A DNA stretch of 64,000 nt from Paraspadella gotoi (lineage: Eukaryota; Animalia; Chaetognatha): assembly GCA_051294375.1 (NCBI GenBank), contig CM119267.1, positions 22,817,486 to 22,881,485 on the forward strand, written 5' to 3'. Below, one piece after another: positions 50,580-64,000 of this stretch. Both the position numbers and the translations under genes were made by a program. Below the pieces are notes generated by a model, which ran no database searches, was not told the DNA's origin, and saw only the letters and a program-made list of their open reading frames with translations. Numbering within the stretch: position 1 is the stretch's first letter; each line of letters opens with the position of its first letter.

Positions 50580-53500
50580 GACCACCCATTCCGTAATCTT
50601 CTACTTTTTCTTATCGACCCGTCACTCTCTTCGTCATCTCATTCCTCTTCCCTCCTCCTTCTCTCTCTATCCGAGAATTTATTAATTTAGTACGGTACGT
50701 GATCTAACGCCTTTGTGTTGTGGGGGGAGAATGTCTGTGTGGCTGAGAAAACGCGAGATGGGGACGAGGGGGAAGAGGACGGAAGAGGAGGAGCGAGGAG
50801 AGGTGGAGGAGATTTTGATTTGATGATGATGATGATGATGATGTTGAAAGTGAGGTGGTGGGACGGGTCGATTTGATGATTTTGTCCTGACTGGATGGAA
50901 TGAGTATATGAGCAAGAGGGATGAAAGAAAAGCATAATATCTGGTGTGCAAATAGAGACAGCCAGTGCGAAGGATTAAATGAGGTGCGAGTAGGGAGGTA
51001 ACGTAATAAGGAAGGACAGAGAAAGAGGTGGACGTGGAAGATGGATAGGCGTCTGTTGGTGTGTGAGGGCTGAGGGATGGGAGGAGGGAGGAGAGAGGAC
51101 GAAGATAGATCTGGACAATGAGGAGAGATGCAGATGATGACTGAGAGGAGAGAGAGAGACTAGGATGAGAGAATGAGAGAGAAGAGAGGACAATAAGGAA
51201 AACGCAAAAAAAGATTCGAGAGAGGAGATGCTTGAGGGTGATAGAGGAGCATAAGACCAAGATCGGAAAAGTAATAGCCACAACGGGTGTGACGAGCAGA
51301 AGACAGCAGAAAGAGATGTACGAGAAGATAGACATAAAGATTAGACGAATAGACAAGGGAGAGACATAAGGACAGCAAAAGAAACAAAATATATGCAAGA
51401 GAAAGGAGTAGCGGGGTAAGAAAAGGAGGAAGAACGCGCCATCACAAATAAAAAATAGTGATTGTGAAACTTAGATTTTTTTTTCCTCAAAGTCTAGAGA
51501 GTAACTATTTGCATCAAATCGTGGAAATGAAAAAAGGAGCGTCAACTTTTTTGTGCTTTTTTTTATTTTTATTTCTTGCCCTTTTTTCTTCTCCTGTCAA
51601 TGATTTTTTTTTTTTTTATTATGACAAAAATAAACTTCAAGTCAATGAAATGTCCACGAATATTTAAGAGGATTAAAAAAAAGTTTGTTTTTTTCTTCTT
51701 TGGGCATATAAAAATGGTTGGCCTATTCGAATCTCTTGTCAATAATGTTTCGCCCGAAATCGGATATTAACATTGTTGGACTCTAAGACACGAAAAAAAA
51801 AAGAAATACTTAAAAAAAAGACAAAAAGAAAATAATGTGGCGGTCCATCGTCGGGTAATTAAGAATATAACCCAGAAATGAAATGACAGTGACAGACGAC
51901 CGACTGACGAGCGAAAAAACAATCGGAATTATACGACTCTCGAGAACCCGAGAAAACACATTATAGGAGGAACAGACATCGTTACTAGACGTCTCAAAGT
52001 TTGAGGAAAGCGAGCGTTGAGATGAAATCCAACGACGGAATCAATTTAGAACGACGACCAACAAATACAAACAACATCACGACGACCCGACGACTACAAC
52101 GTAGCGCACAAAACCCGTAGTAGCGATTGGAGAATCTTGGCGAAAAGGACAACAGCCCAACGTGAAAACACCAGTCGAAACTACCACGACACGCATCACA
52201 GTCTTGATCTTGAGCCTTCGAGCTGAGATTGCGACTGTGTCCGTGCGTGAAATACCCGATACGTCGACTCGCCAGAGGAACACATCTTGAGAACCAAGCA
52301 TGAGACGTACGAAGACCGAGGGCACAACAAAAGACATGACAAGGCGAGAGACCCGCGACACTGGTCGTACATCTAGTATCAAGAGACCAAGCACGAAGAC
52401 AAGATCAAAGACCAACGGTAAAGAGAGATGAGCTGACAAACGAGAAAGACAAATATAGAAGTCGACTAATAGATAAATGCGAATTATATGCACGACGACC
52501 AGAGACTCAGACACTCAAATGAAGTATCGATCTCTATTGACGATTAATACTGCTGACACACTCAATGACAAAGCCAGATATACAGACTAGACAGACACAA
52601 AGGTATACACAATAATTGCTCGCACGCATCAGACGACCGACGATTAGAGCGGATGCGTGACAGTAAGATGTTCGTGGATGATGAAGTTGTTGAAAACTGA
52701 GTATGAACGATAATACGAAAGCAACCGATCGCCACAAAACGGACGACTGTGACCGCAAGACGACACCTGATCGCTGACGAAAGACAGAAAGACGACGACA
52801 GACTGATCAATAGACAGGACTGATTCCGACGAATACTACGTACGACGGCGACATGATTCATTTTGTTTCTTATGTAGTTTCCGTGGATATCAATATCGAA
52901 ATGGAAAGAGAGAGATAAAGGTGATGTAAGGATAGTGAAGTTCAGGACGAATGTATTTGGGAGCGGGCATGATCGATTAAGGAAAATTTATTAGACGTTG
53001 AGTCGACGCCAGAAAATTCTTTCTGATGGTATAGAGTCAAGGACGAGGGGCGATAGATGACGTTCGACTGATCCGTCAATGATGTAATTGAAAGCTTTTG
53101 GGTTGTATTATGTTCTGATTTTGCGTGATCTTGTTCCAATTTATTTTTAATTTGTTTAAATGTAATTAACATTTTTAAAGAATATATTTTGAACCTCGGA
53201 CTTCAGGTGACGTCTATTTGTTGTTGACGTGATTTAAATGCAAATATGTATCTTGTTGTATGTTCCGTTCTGTCATTGATTTGAATCTACTTTTATTAAT
53301 TTTTGTCGCTTTCTCTGTCCGCAATGATTTCATTCTCATTCTTATCTTGTTTTTTTCCTTCTTATAATAGTGGTGAAAATATACCGGTTTTTATTTGGAT
53401 ATAATTTTCATTATCGATTGTAGTTGGGTTGCAACAGGATAAGCGATAGCGGGGGAAGCCGAGAAAAAAAATTATATTCACGAGATACTTTCGTGATGAG

Positions 53501-54676
53501 CAGAGACGACGAGACGAGAGAAGCGACAAGAAAGAGATGAGAGGAGGGAGGTAAGAGTAGTTTAGGCCATGGAGGACCTTCTTGTCTCTCTTCGAAGAAG
53601 AATAGGGGAAGTGCCTAGAGAAACTATATTTCTGTAAGATTAAATTCATATGTATGAGTTACGTAGAAAGATAGGCAACGTTCTATAATATCCTCTACAA
53701 GTCTATTGTTTGATTTTTTTTCTATTTCGTCGATACTTTTACACATTATACTTTTTGATTCGGGAAACTTTTTTGAACTTCATACCATTTTCGTAATTAT
53801 GGGTATCGATTTCCAAAGTTGTAAAGAATTAAGTATACATTAACCAAATTGAACGAGCATTCAAAAATATAGAAACTAACCGAAGGTGAATTTTGCTATA
53901 AATGACCAATTACAAAAAAGAAAGAAAATCAGAGTGGCCCTAAACTAATACATGATTTTTCATGAACTTATATTAATTAATAAATATAATACTAAATGAA
54001 TATACATGCAATCATAATTAATATATCTAATCAATATTCATAAATAATAGAAATAGACAGCTTAATTATCACCCCATTACTTTTCCAACTATTCAATGCA
54101 AAGTCGTAGATTTCCTTCTCCTCGTAAATATTCCTCTTACTCTGTACTTTGATTCAAGAGTCTGAATTCCTCTCATGTCTCTTTAATCTTTCCCTTAATC
54201 CTTCCCATTTTCTTTTACCTCTTTTCCTAAACTCTTCTATCCATTCTTTTCTTTTTTCCTTATTTCCTGTGCATCTCCTGCATATGGCTTTCTGCTCCGC
54301 ATATACTCCTGAGCGCCATTTCATCAAATTTATATCGCTTTAGGGCACAACGCAAAATCTCAGAATTTCATTGTCAATTGTAAATTACCTGTAGAATCTC
54401 CTCTCCTCCTCCTCCCTCTCTCTCTCTTCTTCTTCTCTGCTCTCTCTTTATATCTCTTCTACAGCGTCTCTCGCCGACTGACGATCGCATCTCTTTTTCT
54501 AATCTTTCGGTTCTGATTTATTTCATTTGCAAACCAACAACTTTTTTTCCCTTTCCTTGTCCTTTTTCAACGATTTACTCTCTCTTTCGTCTTCAGTGAT
54601 GAATGATTAGATTCTTCTTCTTTTATCTCTCTCTCTCTCTCTCTTCTTCGANNNNNNNNNNNNNNNNNNNNNNNNN

Positions 54677-54714
<38 letters not shown>

Positions 54715-55052
54715 CAGGAATTACGAAGTGACAATGAAATTCGATTTGCGTTTGCAATCGGAAATTGGAGAATGCGCCAGGGAGGATGCGGAGCAGAAAG
54801 GCCATTGCATTTGCAAGGGAAAAAGGAAGAAAGGAAAAGAAGGGATAGGAAAGTAAGGAAGAGGAAAAGAAAAAATGGGGAAGGTATTAAGGGGAAGATA
54901 AAAGAGGCGATGAGAATTCAGACCTTGAATTCAAAGTACAAGAGGGAATATTTACGAGGGAGAATTACGACTTTGCATTGAGAGGTCTAGTTGGAAAAGT
55001 AATGGGGGAAAAAGCTTCATTTCTATTATTATGATATTATTATTATTATTAA

Positions 55053-55094
<42 letters not shown>

Positions 55095-57296
55095 ATAAGT
55101 TTCATTGAAAATCATTATTTAGTTTAGGGCACTCTGATTTTCTTTCTTTTTTGTAATTGCATTTTACAAAATTCACCTTCGTGTTAGTTTCTTATATTTA
55201 ATCTTCGTTCAATTTGTGTTATGTATGTAATTTTACTTTATCGATGACCAAATTCGAAATGTATAAAAATTCCCAAGCATAAAGAAATGGAATAACGAAA
55301 AAAAAAAATCAAAAAAATGAATAAGGAAATAAGAACGTTCCTCTTCGTAACTTCATACATATTGAATTTAATCTTCAGAAATAACTTTTCCTAGGCACTT
55401 CCTTTTTTTTCGAGNNNNNNNNNNNNNNNNNNNNNNNNNNNNNNNNNNNNNNNNNNNNNNNNNNNNNNNNNNNNNNNNNNNNNNNNNNNNNNNNNNNNNN
55501 NNNNNNNNNNNNNNNNNNNNNNNNNNNNNNNNNNNNNNNNNNNNNNNNNNNNNNNNNNNNNNNNNNNNNNNNNNNNNNNNNNNNNNNNNNNNNNNNNNNN
55601 NNNNNNNNNNNNNNNNNNNNNNNNNCTCTCTCGATACATATCTCGTGATATAATTTTTTTTCTCCTTCCCCGCTTCGCCCTTTTCCTTTGATTGACCCTG
55701 ATATATAATTCCAACAAATTATGTTCGGTCGATAAAAAAAAAATTATCCAAAAATAAAAACCGGAAATATTTTTTTCCCCTTTATGACTCGGAGGAAAAA
55801 AATTCAAGATAAGAACGAAATGAATCATTTTGCGGACAGAAAAGCGAAAAAATTAAAAAGAGATTACATACATACACTACACAAGTACATATTTTATATA
55901 AACATCACAACAAACTACGACTGAAGTCCGAGGTCAAAATAAGTTAAAAATGTAATATTTAAAAAAATTAAAAATTAAAGAACAAGATATGCAAAACAGA
56001 ATAAAAACCAAAGCTTTCAATTTCACCATTGACTTCATTCGACGTCAATCCTATTCCCCTCCCTTGACGTCTTGACCAATCAGAAGATTTTCTGCGTCGA
56101 CGTCAACTCTAATAATTTTCCTCTAATCGTCGCCCGCGTCCCTAATCATCGTCCTGAACTTACTTCCTTCCTCACCTTTACTCCTTTCCATCATTTGAAC
56201 CACGAAACCATGAAACTAATTTTTCGCCGTCGTCGTATNNNNNNNNNNNNNNNNNNNNNNNNNAAAGAGAGAGAATCAAAAATAAGTTAAAAAATGTAAT
56301 AATTTATAAAAGAATGTGATTAATTTCTTTAAGAAACAAAGATCATGCAAAACAGAATAAAAATCCAAAGCTTTCATTCACCATTGAGATTTCATGCGCA
56401 CGTCAATCCTATTCCCCTCCTTGACGATCTTGACCAATCAGAAGATTATTTCATGGCGTCGACGTCAACTCTAATAATTTTCCTACTAATCGTCGGCCCG
56501 GTCCCTAAATCATCGTCCTGAACTTACTTCCTTCCTCACCTTTACTCCTTTCCAATCATTCTGGACCCACGAACCATGAAACTAATTTTTCCGCCGGGTC
56601 GTCGTATTCGGCGTCGTCGTCTTCTTCTTCTCGTCGTATTCTTACTTCGTCGTCGTCTTTGTCGTCGTCTTCGTATTTAATCTTTAATCTTTCATGTTTT
56701 CATTTTCGTCTTTGTTCATCGTCATCCTCTTCGTCCGTCGTCGTCGTCATTATTGTTTCCTTTGGTCGTCTATTCGGTCATTCACTTTGTCATTGTTCCC
56801 AGTATTCGTCATCATCGTTTTCTTTATCTGAGCCTGTCGTCGTCTTAATCATTGTCCTACTAATTTGTCTTGTTCTGTTTGTCGCTCCCCTCTTCGTTTT
56901 CTTGATCTTGTCCTTCGTCTTTGTCCTTCGTCGTCTCGTCTTCGCTTTTTTTGCGCCCTGCGTCTTCGTCTCATCTTCTCAAGATTCTCCGCGATCGACG
57001 TGACTCGGTTTTTCACAGCGTCTCGACAGTCAATCGACGGTGAAGGCTGTCGTGCGTTGTCGTCGTTGTCGTCGACTTGTGTTTTCGTTGGGCTGTTGTC
57101 ATTTTGCAGATTGCCAACGCTACTACGCGGGTTTGTTCTCGTTGTAGTCGTCGTCGCTGTTGTTGTTGTTGTTGTCGTCCGTCTAAGTAGCCGTCGTTAT
57201 TTCCAAATCAACAGTCACAGCTTCCTGCAAACCTTGACGTTACGTTGTGTGTCCCGTAAAGTTTCGTTCTCATGTCGAATCGTTGTTTTTTTTTCA

Positions 57297-57330
<34 letters not shown>

Positions 57331-58407
57331 TCGTTATTGCTTAATCCGCGCGGATTGAGCCACCATTTTCTTTTTTTTTCTTTTTTTTTTTTTTAAAGTT
57401 TTCTTTTTTTTTCGGTGCTTTAATGCCAACATTTAGATAATCCCGATTTCGGGCGAACATTTTGGACAAGAGATTCGAATAGGCCAACATTTTTATATGG
57501 GCGCCAAGAAAGAAAAAAAAAACAGAAGTTTTTTTAATCTTTAAAATATTCGTGACATTTAGTGATTGAATATTTTTTTTGTCCATTAATAAAAAAATAT
57601 CATTGAACAGGAGAAAAAAGGCAAAAAAAAAAAAAAAAAAACACAAAAAAATGTTGACTCCTTTTTTTATTTTCCCGATTGACAAATGATTGCTCGTCTT
57701 AGACTTTGGAGGAAAAAAAACTATTTCCATCACTTTTTTTTTGTGAGGCGCGTTTTTCTTCTTTTTCTCCTTTTCCTTCTTCTGCCTTTTTTTTCTTTTG
57801 CTTCCCTTTGTCTCTCCTCTTGTCTATTTGTCTATCTTTCTGTCTATCTCTTCTACATCATCTTTCCCTTGTCTTTGCCTCTCCCGACCTCTGTGGCTTT
57901 TTCCGTCTGTCTTAGCTCCCTATCACACTCTCTCTCCTACTCTCTCTTTTTTTGCGTCTTTTTTCTTATGTCTCTCTACTCTGCACTCTCTTCTCTTCTT
58001 CGTCTCCTGCTCTCTCTCTTCTCTCCTCTCTCTCCGCTGCTCAACTCAAAGCCCCTTTCCTGCTCCAGTCCTCCTCTTTCTCTTCCTTCTTTATTCCTTT
58101 CCTCCCTTCGCACCTCTTTATCTTCGTCACTCTGTCTCTATTTCGCACCGTTTTATTTTTCTTTCTCCTTCTTTGCTCATTTCCTCTTCCTCCTCGGACA
58201 TCTCATCGACCGTCCCCCACCTTCACTTCATCATCATCATCATCATCATCATCTCCTCCCACCCTCCCTCGCTCCTCCTCTTCCTCCTCCTTCCCCCTCG
58301 TCCTCTGCCGCGTTTCCTCACACAAGACTTCTCCCCCACACACAAAGATGCGTTAGTCACGTGACTAAATTCAATAAATCTCGAGATAGAGAGAGAGAGA
58401 GGGAGGG
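50580..58407. repeat. ~7.8 kb inverted duplication centred on the 25-N gap at 54652-54676
   Basis: Reverse-complement pairs: 50680-50860 vs 58200-58385, 51440-51860 vs 57345-57760, 52990-53100 vs 56010-56115, 54080-54370 vs 54750-55010. The left arm is insertion-rich. Confidence 0.88.
55940..56607 (+). repeat. ~300 bp direct duplication on both sides of the 25-N gap at 56239-56263
   Basis: GACGTCAATCCTATTCCCCTCC...GAAACTAATTTTT occurs at 56041 and again at ~56400. Confidence 0.85.
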
Positions 58408-58624
58408 NNNNNNNNNNGCTCGTAAAAAAGTCCCGCTTTTAACGACTTCTCGATAAAAAGAAGGAAAAAAATGCAAATAAAGTGAATCGCTAAAAATCTT
58501 TTTATCGAAAATTATCGGAGAGATTTGATTAGAGAATTACGAAATGGCGGTTGTTAAACAATCGAGTTATTGGTAGAGAAAGAAAGAGAGAGAGAAAGAA
58601 AGAGAGAGAGAAAGAAAGAGAGAG

Positions 58625-58753
<129 letters not shown>

Positions 58754-59704
58754 AACGAACGGATGGGTTGGAGAGTGGACACCTTTCATCGCTGCCCGAC
58801 CGAATGCTTTGTTTATTTGTTTTTGTTTACATTTCCCTCAAGCTATACTTTTTTTAAAGCTTCGATGTTAGGTGAAAAAAAAGCTTTGTTTAATTTGTCA
58901 TTACTGTGTATTATGTAAATTGCTTGTTTTTATATTTTTACTTCATTTCTAGCGTTTTATCTTTCGTAATTTTAACCGAATCGAAATCGTTAAAACTTTC
59001 CATCGAATCTCACTTACTCCCTCATTACGAATTATTTCTACAACGTTAATCACGTTATTGCTCTGTTATTAAGTCGTTAACTCCGATTCGACAGAAAATA
59101 AAAAGAGCAATAACTCCGAACGTAAAAATCCTTATTGTTTCTCCACTTCCCAGTTTAAAGAGTTGAGGCGAATCGATATCTGAGTGGCCAGGGAAATTGT
59201 GGAAGAGGTTTTTACTCAGCCGTCAGAAATTGGGGATCGAGAATAAAAGGGAAGGTGCAGAAAAGAATTTTTTGTCTTCGAATTTACAAGAAAATGGCTC
59301 GATGCTAAATTTGAAATTGTTTGTCATTCGGGTTATTGCCAAAAATATCGGTTTCTTTGAGAATTACGTAATAATGAAAAAGTCAAAAATACCAAATATT
59401 AATTCATAAAAAAAAATAATATAAAAATTACTTAATTATGCATAAATCCATAATTCCCATTCTTTTTTTTAATTCTTTCTCATATTAAGGGTCCCAAAAT
59501 TTCTCCTTATTTTCTCTCTTCTTTCTTTCTCAATTTCTTTATTTTTCTTTCCTCCCAAAATGTTTTTTTCCTCGAGTCCCAAAGGGCGAGAGTCCTCCAC
59601 CCAATTGACCTCCTTCAACTCACTGGTCGGCGTCATTTAAATTTTAACCTCCTTTTCTCTCTCTCCCTTTCCTCTAGTTCCGTGCCTAAGAATATTGGCC
59701 TCAG

Positions 59705-59920
59705 GCACCGTCTTGCACCATTGCAATCTCTTGCGTCCCTCATGGCACTGTCTTGCACCCATGACACTCTCTAGCACCCTTGAAGCCCTTTCTTTCACTT
59801 CTTACTCGCCTAAGGCAACGTCTTGCACCCTGGAACTCCCTCGAGCACCCCTAAGATCGTGGCTTGCACTCCTCTTGTCTCATCTTGTTCATCCCACATT
59901 TGCACGCTTCTCTTGCAGAC
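59705..59920 (+). repeat. Degenerate ~20-bp tandem repeat
   Basis: Recurring TCTTGCACCC-like core. Confidence 0.6.
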
Positions 59921-60469
59921 TCTGAATTCTTAATTGCCTGACCCTTTTTTTCCAAACCATTTCCTCTCTGCCACGACCTTTCCCCTTCTCCCTCATCCCG
60001 ATTACCTTTTGTCCTTACCCTTCTCCCCTTCAATCCCATTTTTTGACTCTGCCCTTCTGGCCAGAGTAGCCCCCTTTCCCGATACTCGCTGATCAGCTTT
60101 CCTTTTTTACTTTTTCGACCCCCAAGGCTACTTCTCGCCACTCCCGCTGACCCCCTTCCCGCTCCACTTGACCCCCAGGCTCCTCTCTCTTTCTCTCTCT
60201 CTCTCTGTCTCTCTCTCTCTCTGGCCACTCCCGTTGACCTCGCCTTTAAAATTTTTCCCGTGGGTCGTCGTCGTCGTCGTCGTCGTCGTTTCTGTTTTCC
60301 TCTTTGTCGGCCTCTTGGCGGTTGACTTATTTTCTCCTTCTTCATCATCATCATCGTCGTCGTCGCCGTCCTATATTTCTTCGTCATCATCTTTTTTCTC
60401 GTCACTATTTTTTCTTTTTTTCTCCTTTAACGTAGTCATGTCTCTGATTGTCTCTCGATGTTGCATTTT

Positions 60470-60503
<34 letters not shown>

Positions 60504-61774
60504 CAACTTCTTCGGTCAAAATCAGAAAATCTGATTTCCTCGCAAAAAAATTTTCGTTTGACGAAGTTTCAGAATTATTATTTCAGAAATGTTTTGAATC
60601 CGTGTGGAATATAATTGTTTTAACTTTCAAGTCTGGTTAAATCAAATTTAAGCATTGTCCTTGGAACAAACCAGTTGAGGCGAAATTGTAGTATTTTATC
60701 TTTCATCTAATTCTTAGGATATTGAAATAGCATCGTCACAACATCGAAAATGAATTAAAAGGTAATAATGAGTGTTAATCTGGCAAGAGAATTAAAAATT
60801 GCAATTGATAATAAATATTGTAACGAAGAAAATTTAACAAAAATGATTAATAATCGGTATAAGTCTTTTTAGTTTTTTTTTTTTTGTTATTGTCTTGGTT
60901 CTCTGAATCAATTTCTTTCATTATCTTTCATTGTCAAGTTCAAATTGGAATTCAAATTATTTTCTCTTTTTCTCCAATTCTCTCTCCATTGAATTGCTTT
61001 AATTGACAGTCAAAGTTTTTTTTTCCCAAACGTTATATGTATAGAATTAACCGATCGACTAAACAAATATGCAATATGCAAATGAGAATAAAGAAAATAT
61101 AACGAGAGGAGGTCCAGACTCCAGATCGAGTTTTTTTTGGAGATGAAGTCGTCGGCAACAAACAAACGTCGAGACGTTAATCCTGTTTTCGCGAGAGGCA
61201 ACGCTGCCGTCTTGCTGCTGCTGCGGGCGGCGGCGGCGGCTGCTGCGTGGGTAAGGAAGCCTCGGGGCAAGGGGGATTTCGGCGCCGCCTACCTGTGGTT
61301 AATGCCGCGGGGCTGAAGGGGGATGAGAAGAGGGTGGAAAGAAGGGGGTTGTGGGTATAAAAATAGGAAATGGTGGTTTAAAAGGAGAGCGGGGGGGTGT
61401 TACCTCGTTGGCCGATTCGATGTCAAAACAGGATAACGAGGAAACGCGTTACCTTGGAAAGACGAGAGGAAAAAGACGTCGCGTCTTTTTTTCTTTTTTA
61501 CTTTTTTCTTCTTATCTGCTCTTTTTAGTCGATCTCGCTTATCAGCAGATCCGTACTCTTATAACTCACTTTTTCGGTCCGTCGGTCCGCCCCTCAATAT
61601 TGTCGAGGCACACATATATCATGTCAGAACATCGAATTATGATAATTATGCAAAAAAAATGAGTCCGTCCGTCCGTCGTCGTCCGTCTCGTCCGTCCGTC
61701 CGTCCGTCCTCGTCCGGCCGTCCGTCCGTCCACCTTTTAGCAAAACCCAATTATCGTGATTGATGGTGGATTTA

Positions 61775-62220
61775 ATGAAATTTTGTGTGTGGGGTAGGAA
61801 CTGTGTGATTGAGAATGGATATGAAGTTCGAGGGATCGTAGCGAGAATAGAGGGGGAAAAAATTGGTTTAAATGGGAAAAAAAAAATTATTTCCACTAAT
61901 TTGAACGCAATTGCTATGAGTGATAGGCAATTAGACTTTGAATTTTGTATGATGGTAGGGAAGTGCGTGATTGACTGATATTAAGTTTCGATGGAATCGT
62001 GCGAGTGGAAATGAGGCTTTAAATGGAAAAAACAAAAGTCATATTTACCTGTGAAGATATTTTACTTAATTCTACTCATAATTATTTATGTTTAGTTAAA
62101 AATTGGATAGATAATTCGAAATGGAATTTTGTGTGTGGTAGAAATATGTGATAAAGCTGGATATAAATTTTTTTTGACGGAATCTTAGGAGTGGAAAGAG
62201 TTCAAATTAAAACCAAAAGA
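61775..62220 (+). repeat. Three diverged ~160-185 bp tandem units
   Basis: AATTTTGTgTG..GGTAG.AA..TGTGAT..GAT(A)T..GGAATC..GAGTGGAAA recurs at ~61779, ~61941 and ~62126. Confidence 0.6.
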
Positions 62221-62312
62221 CACATTTATGTTGAATTTTTTTTAAAGTTTCTCTCTCCTATCTCTCTCTGATTGATGATTGATTGATTGATTGCTTGACC
62301 AAATATATGCCA

Positions 62313-62612
62313 ATGAACAAAAATCTGCCAGTTGACCAAATTTTAACAGCTTGACCAAATTATGCCGTTGACGCAAATTCTTGCTGAGTTGATGTCAAGT
62401 TTGCCAACGTTGACAAATTTGCCTGTTGACGCAAATTTGCCTGTTGACCAAATCATGCAGTTGACAATTATGCCAATTTGACCAATTATGCTAGTTGACC
62501 AGAATTAGGCCAGTTGCATAAAATTATGCAGTTGACCATTATGCTGTTGACCAAATTATCGTAATTGATCAAATTAGTCAGTTGAACCAAATTAGTCGTA
62601 GACCAATTATGT
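62313..62612 (+). repeat. ~17-18 bp degenerate minisatellite
   Basis: Recurring GTTGACCAAATTATGC(A/C). Confidence 0.85.
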
Positions 62613-62655
62613 CTTAAATCTCTCTCTTTANNNNNNNNNNNNNNNNNNNNNNNNN

Positions 62656-62694
<39 letters not shown>

Positions 62695-62731
62695 AAGAGA
62701 GAGAAGAGAGAGAGACCTGAGAGCAGACGAG

Positions 62732-62771
<40 letters not shown>

Positions 62772-64000
62772 AGACATAAAATAAAAAAAATCTTAAAAAG
62801 ACTCAAGATCGAGCCAGAGCCCACTATCATAGAAAATTAATGCGAAACCGGGAAAAAAACGAATGAATCATGCGATTAGACAGAATGTTTGATGTTCACT
62901 CAGTTAATTGATTGAGGTAAGATACTAATTGATTGATGTATAGTAATTTAATTGATGTAATAGGAATTGATATTGATCTCGATGAAATCAATTATTGGAT
63001 GCGATGATAGTCATATCACTGCTCGTGGATGATAGTCATCAGTGATGCGGATGATTGTCATTCATATGATTCGATGATTGTCATTCTTCATTGATGCGAT
63101 GATAGTCATAAAACAAACAAAAATGCGTGTAATGAGTGAAAGAGAGAGAGAGAGACAGAGAGAAAGAGGAGAGAGAAAGAAAGAGGAGAGAGAGAGAAAG
63201 AGAGAGAGAGAGAAGAGAGAAAGAAAGAGAATAACCAACACACCGAAAATCTCGGATAAATATGGGATTTTTGTATATGAAAAAAAAGCGCAGGAAATTA
63301 ACTGGGCAATTATAAATTAAAAAAAGTTTTTTAGAAGGAAAAAATAATCAGAATTTTTCCAAAAAACAAACGATCACGCAAAAGATACGGAACAGATTAG
63401 GGCACAGACACACACAGAGAGACAGAGAGACAGAGAGAGAGAAGAGAAAAAGAGAGAAGAGAGAGAGACGACCTGGCGGACAACGTAGAAGAACACGTGT
63501 CTCGCTCGTGTCGCTTGGACAGTGAGCTACCGCGAACGACTTTGCTTCCCAGGGTGAGGACCTAGCCGTTACGCATTATGCAGAGGTAATGCCATGTGAG
63601 CTGGAGCCGAGGGGCGGGACATCGCACCTGGGACGGGGTGCTAAGGATCGGCGGCTGCATCAAGAGTCGTTGCGGGTAATCCCCCGTGCCTGAGCCACCA
63701 CACAGCGGTCGCGCTGGAAGGCGTCTCGCGCTGGGCAGAGAAAAGAGAAAAGAGAAAGAGCGATATATAACGAGCGTGATGATTATTTAAAAGAGAGGAA
63801 GAGAGAGAGAAGCTCTAACAGCCCCTTTACTCCGTTTAGAATCAGCAGTACTTATGGCGCCGCAACGTAGCTGAGCTATCTATTCTCACCTACCCAAAGG
63901 ACCCGCCGGGTTCGCGCCCTGTTCGCGGGATCCGTTTTTTACATTAGAAGTGAACACCGACATTATATCTAAAAATTTTGTAAAAAAAAAAAAAAAAAGA

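Noticed and set aside
56982-57130. + strand GEGCRAL as an FHIP2 C-terminal exon (cf. PGCRSL)
   Set aside because: The match is only a few residues, the opposite strand gives a longer natural-looking frame, and the region lies in the inverted duplicate.
63470-63740. GC-rich block as an exon or RNA gene (also 25500-25800 and 42030-42260)
   Set aside because: No ORF, no tRNA/rRNA motif and no splice structure are recognisable; these blocks resemble low-quality read sequence.

Overview
Microsatellite-rich, spliceosomal-intron-containing animal (probably invertebrate) genomic DNA from a gappy assembly that appears to be partly filled with noisy long reads. (1) The 5' part of a talin gene lies on the minus strand. 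ATG is at 34032, and 12 coding exons down to 869 can be traced with GT-AG boundaries and consistent phases. They encode FERM F0-F3, the linker and the start of rod R1, and the gene runs off the left edge. (2) Inside talin intron 3, on the opposite strand, is a two-exon gene (5101-7189 + 7372-8348, about 1021 aa). It has an N-terminal DZIP3-like HEPN motif (RNFLSH), an unexplained repeat region, about 8-9 ankyrin repeats and a Kelch-type propeller. This candidate sensor-coupled RNase is the most interesting feature. (3) An FHIP2/FAM160B gene starts at 44224 on the plus strand, head-to-head with talin. The ORF track misses it because its exons are frameshifted, probably by sequencing errors. (4) A ~4.8 kb tandem duplication and a ~7.8 kb inverted duplication both abut 25-N gaps and are probably assembly artefacts. 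Small transposon-like elements, minisatellites and many SSRs make up the rest, and most short ORFs are spurious. All family assignments come from motif recognition by eye, not from database searches.
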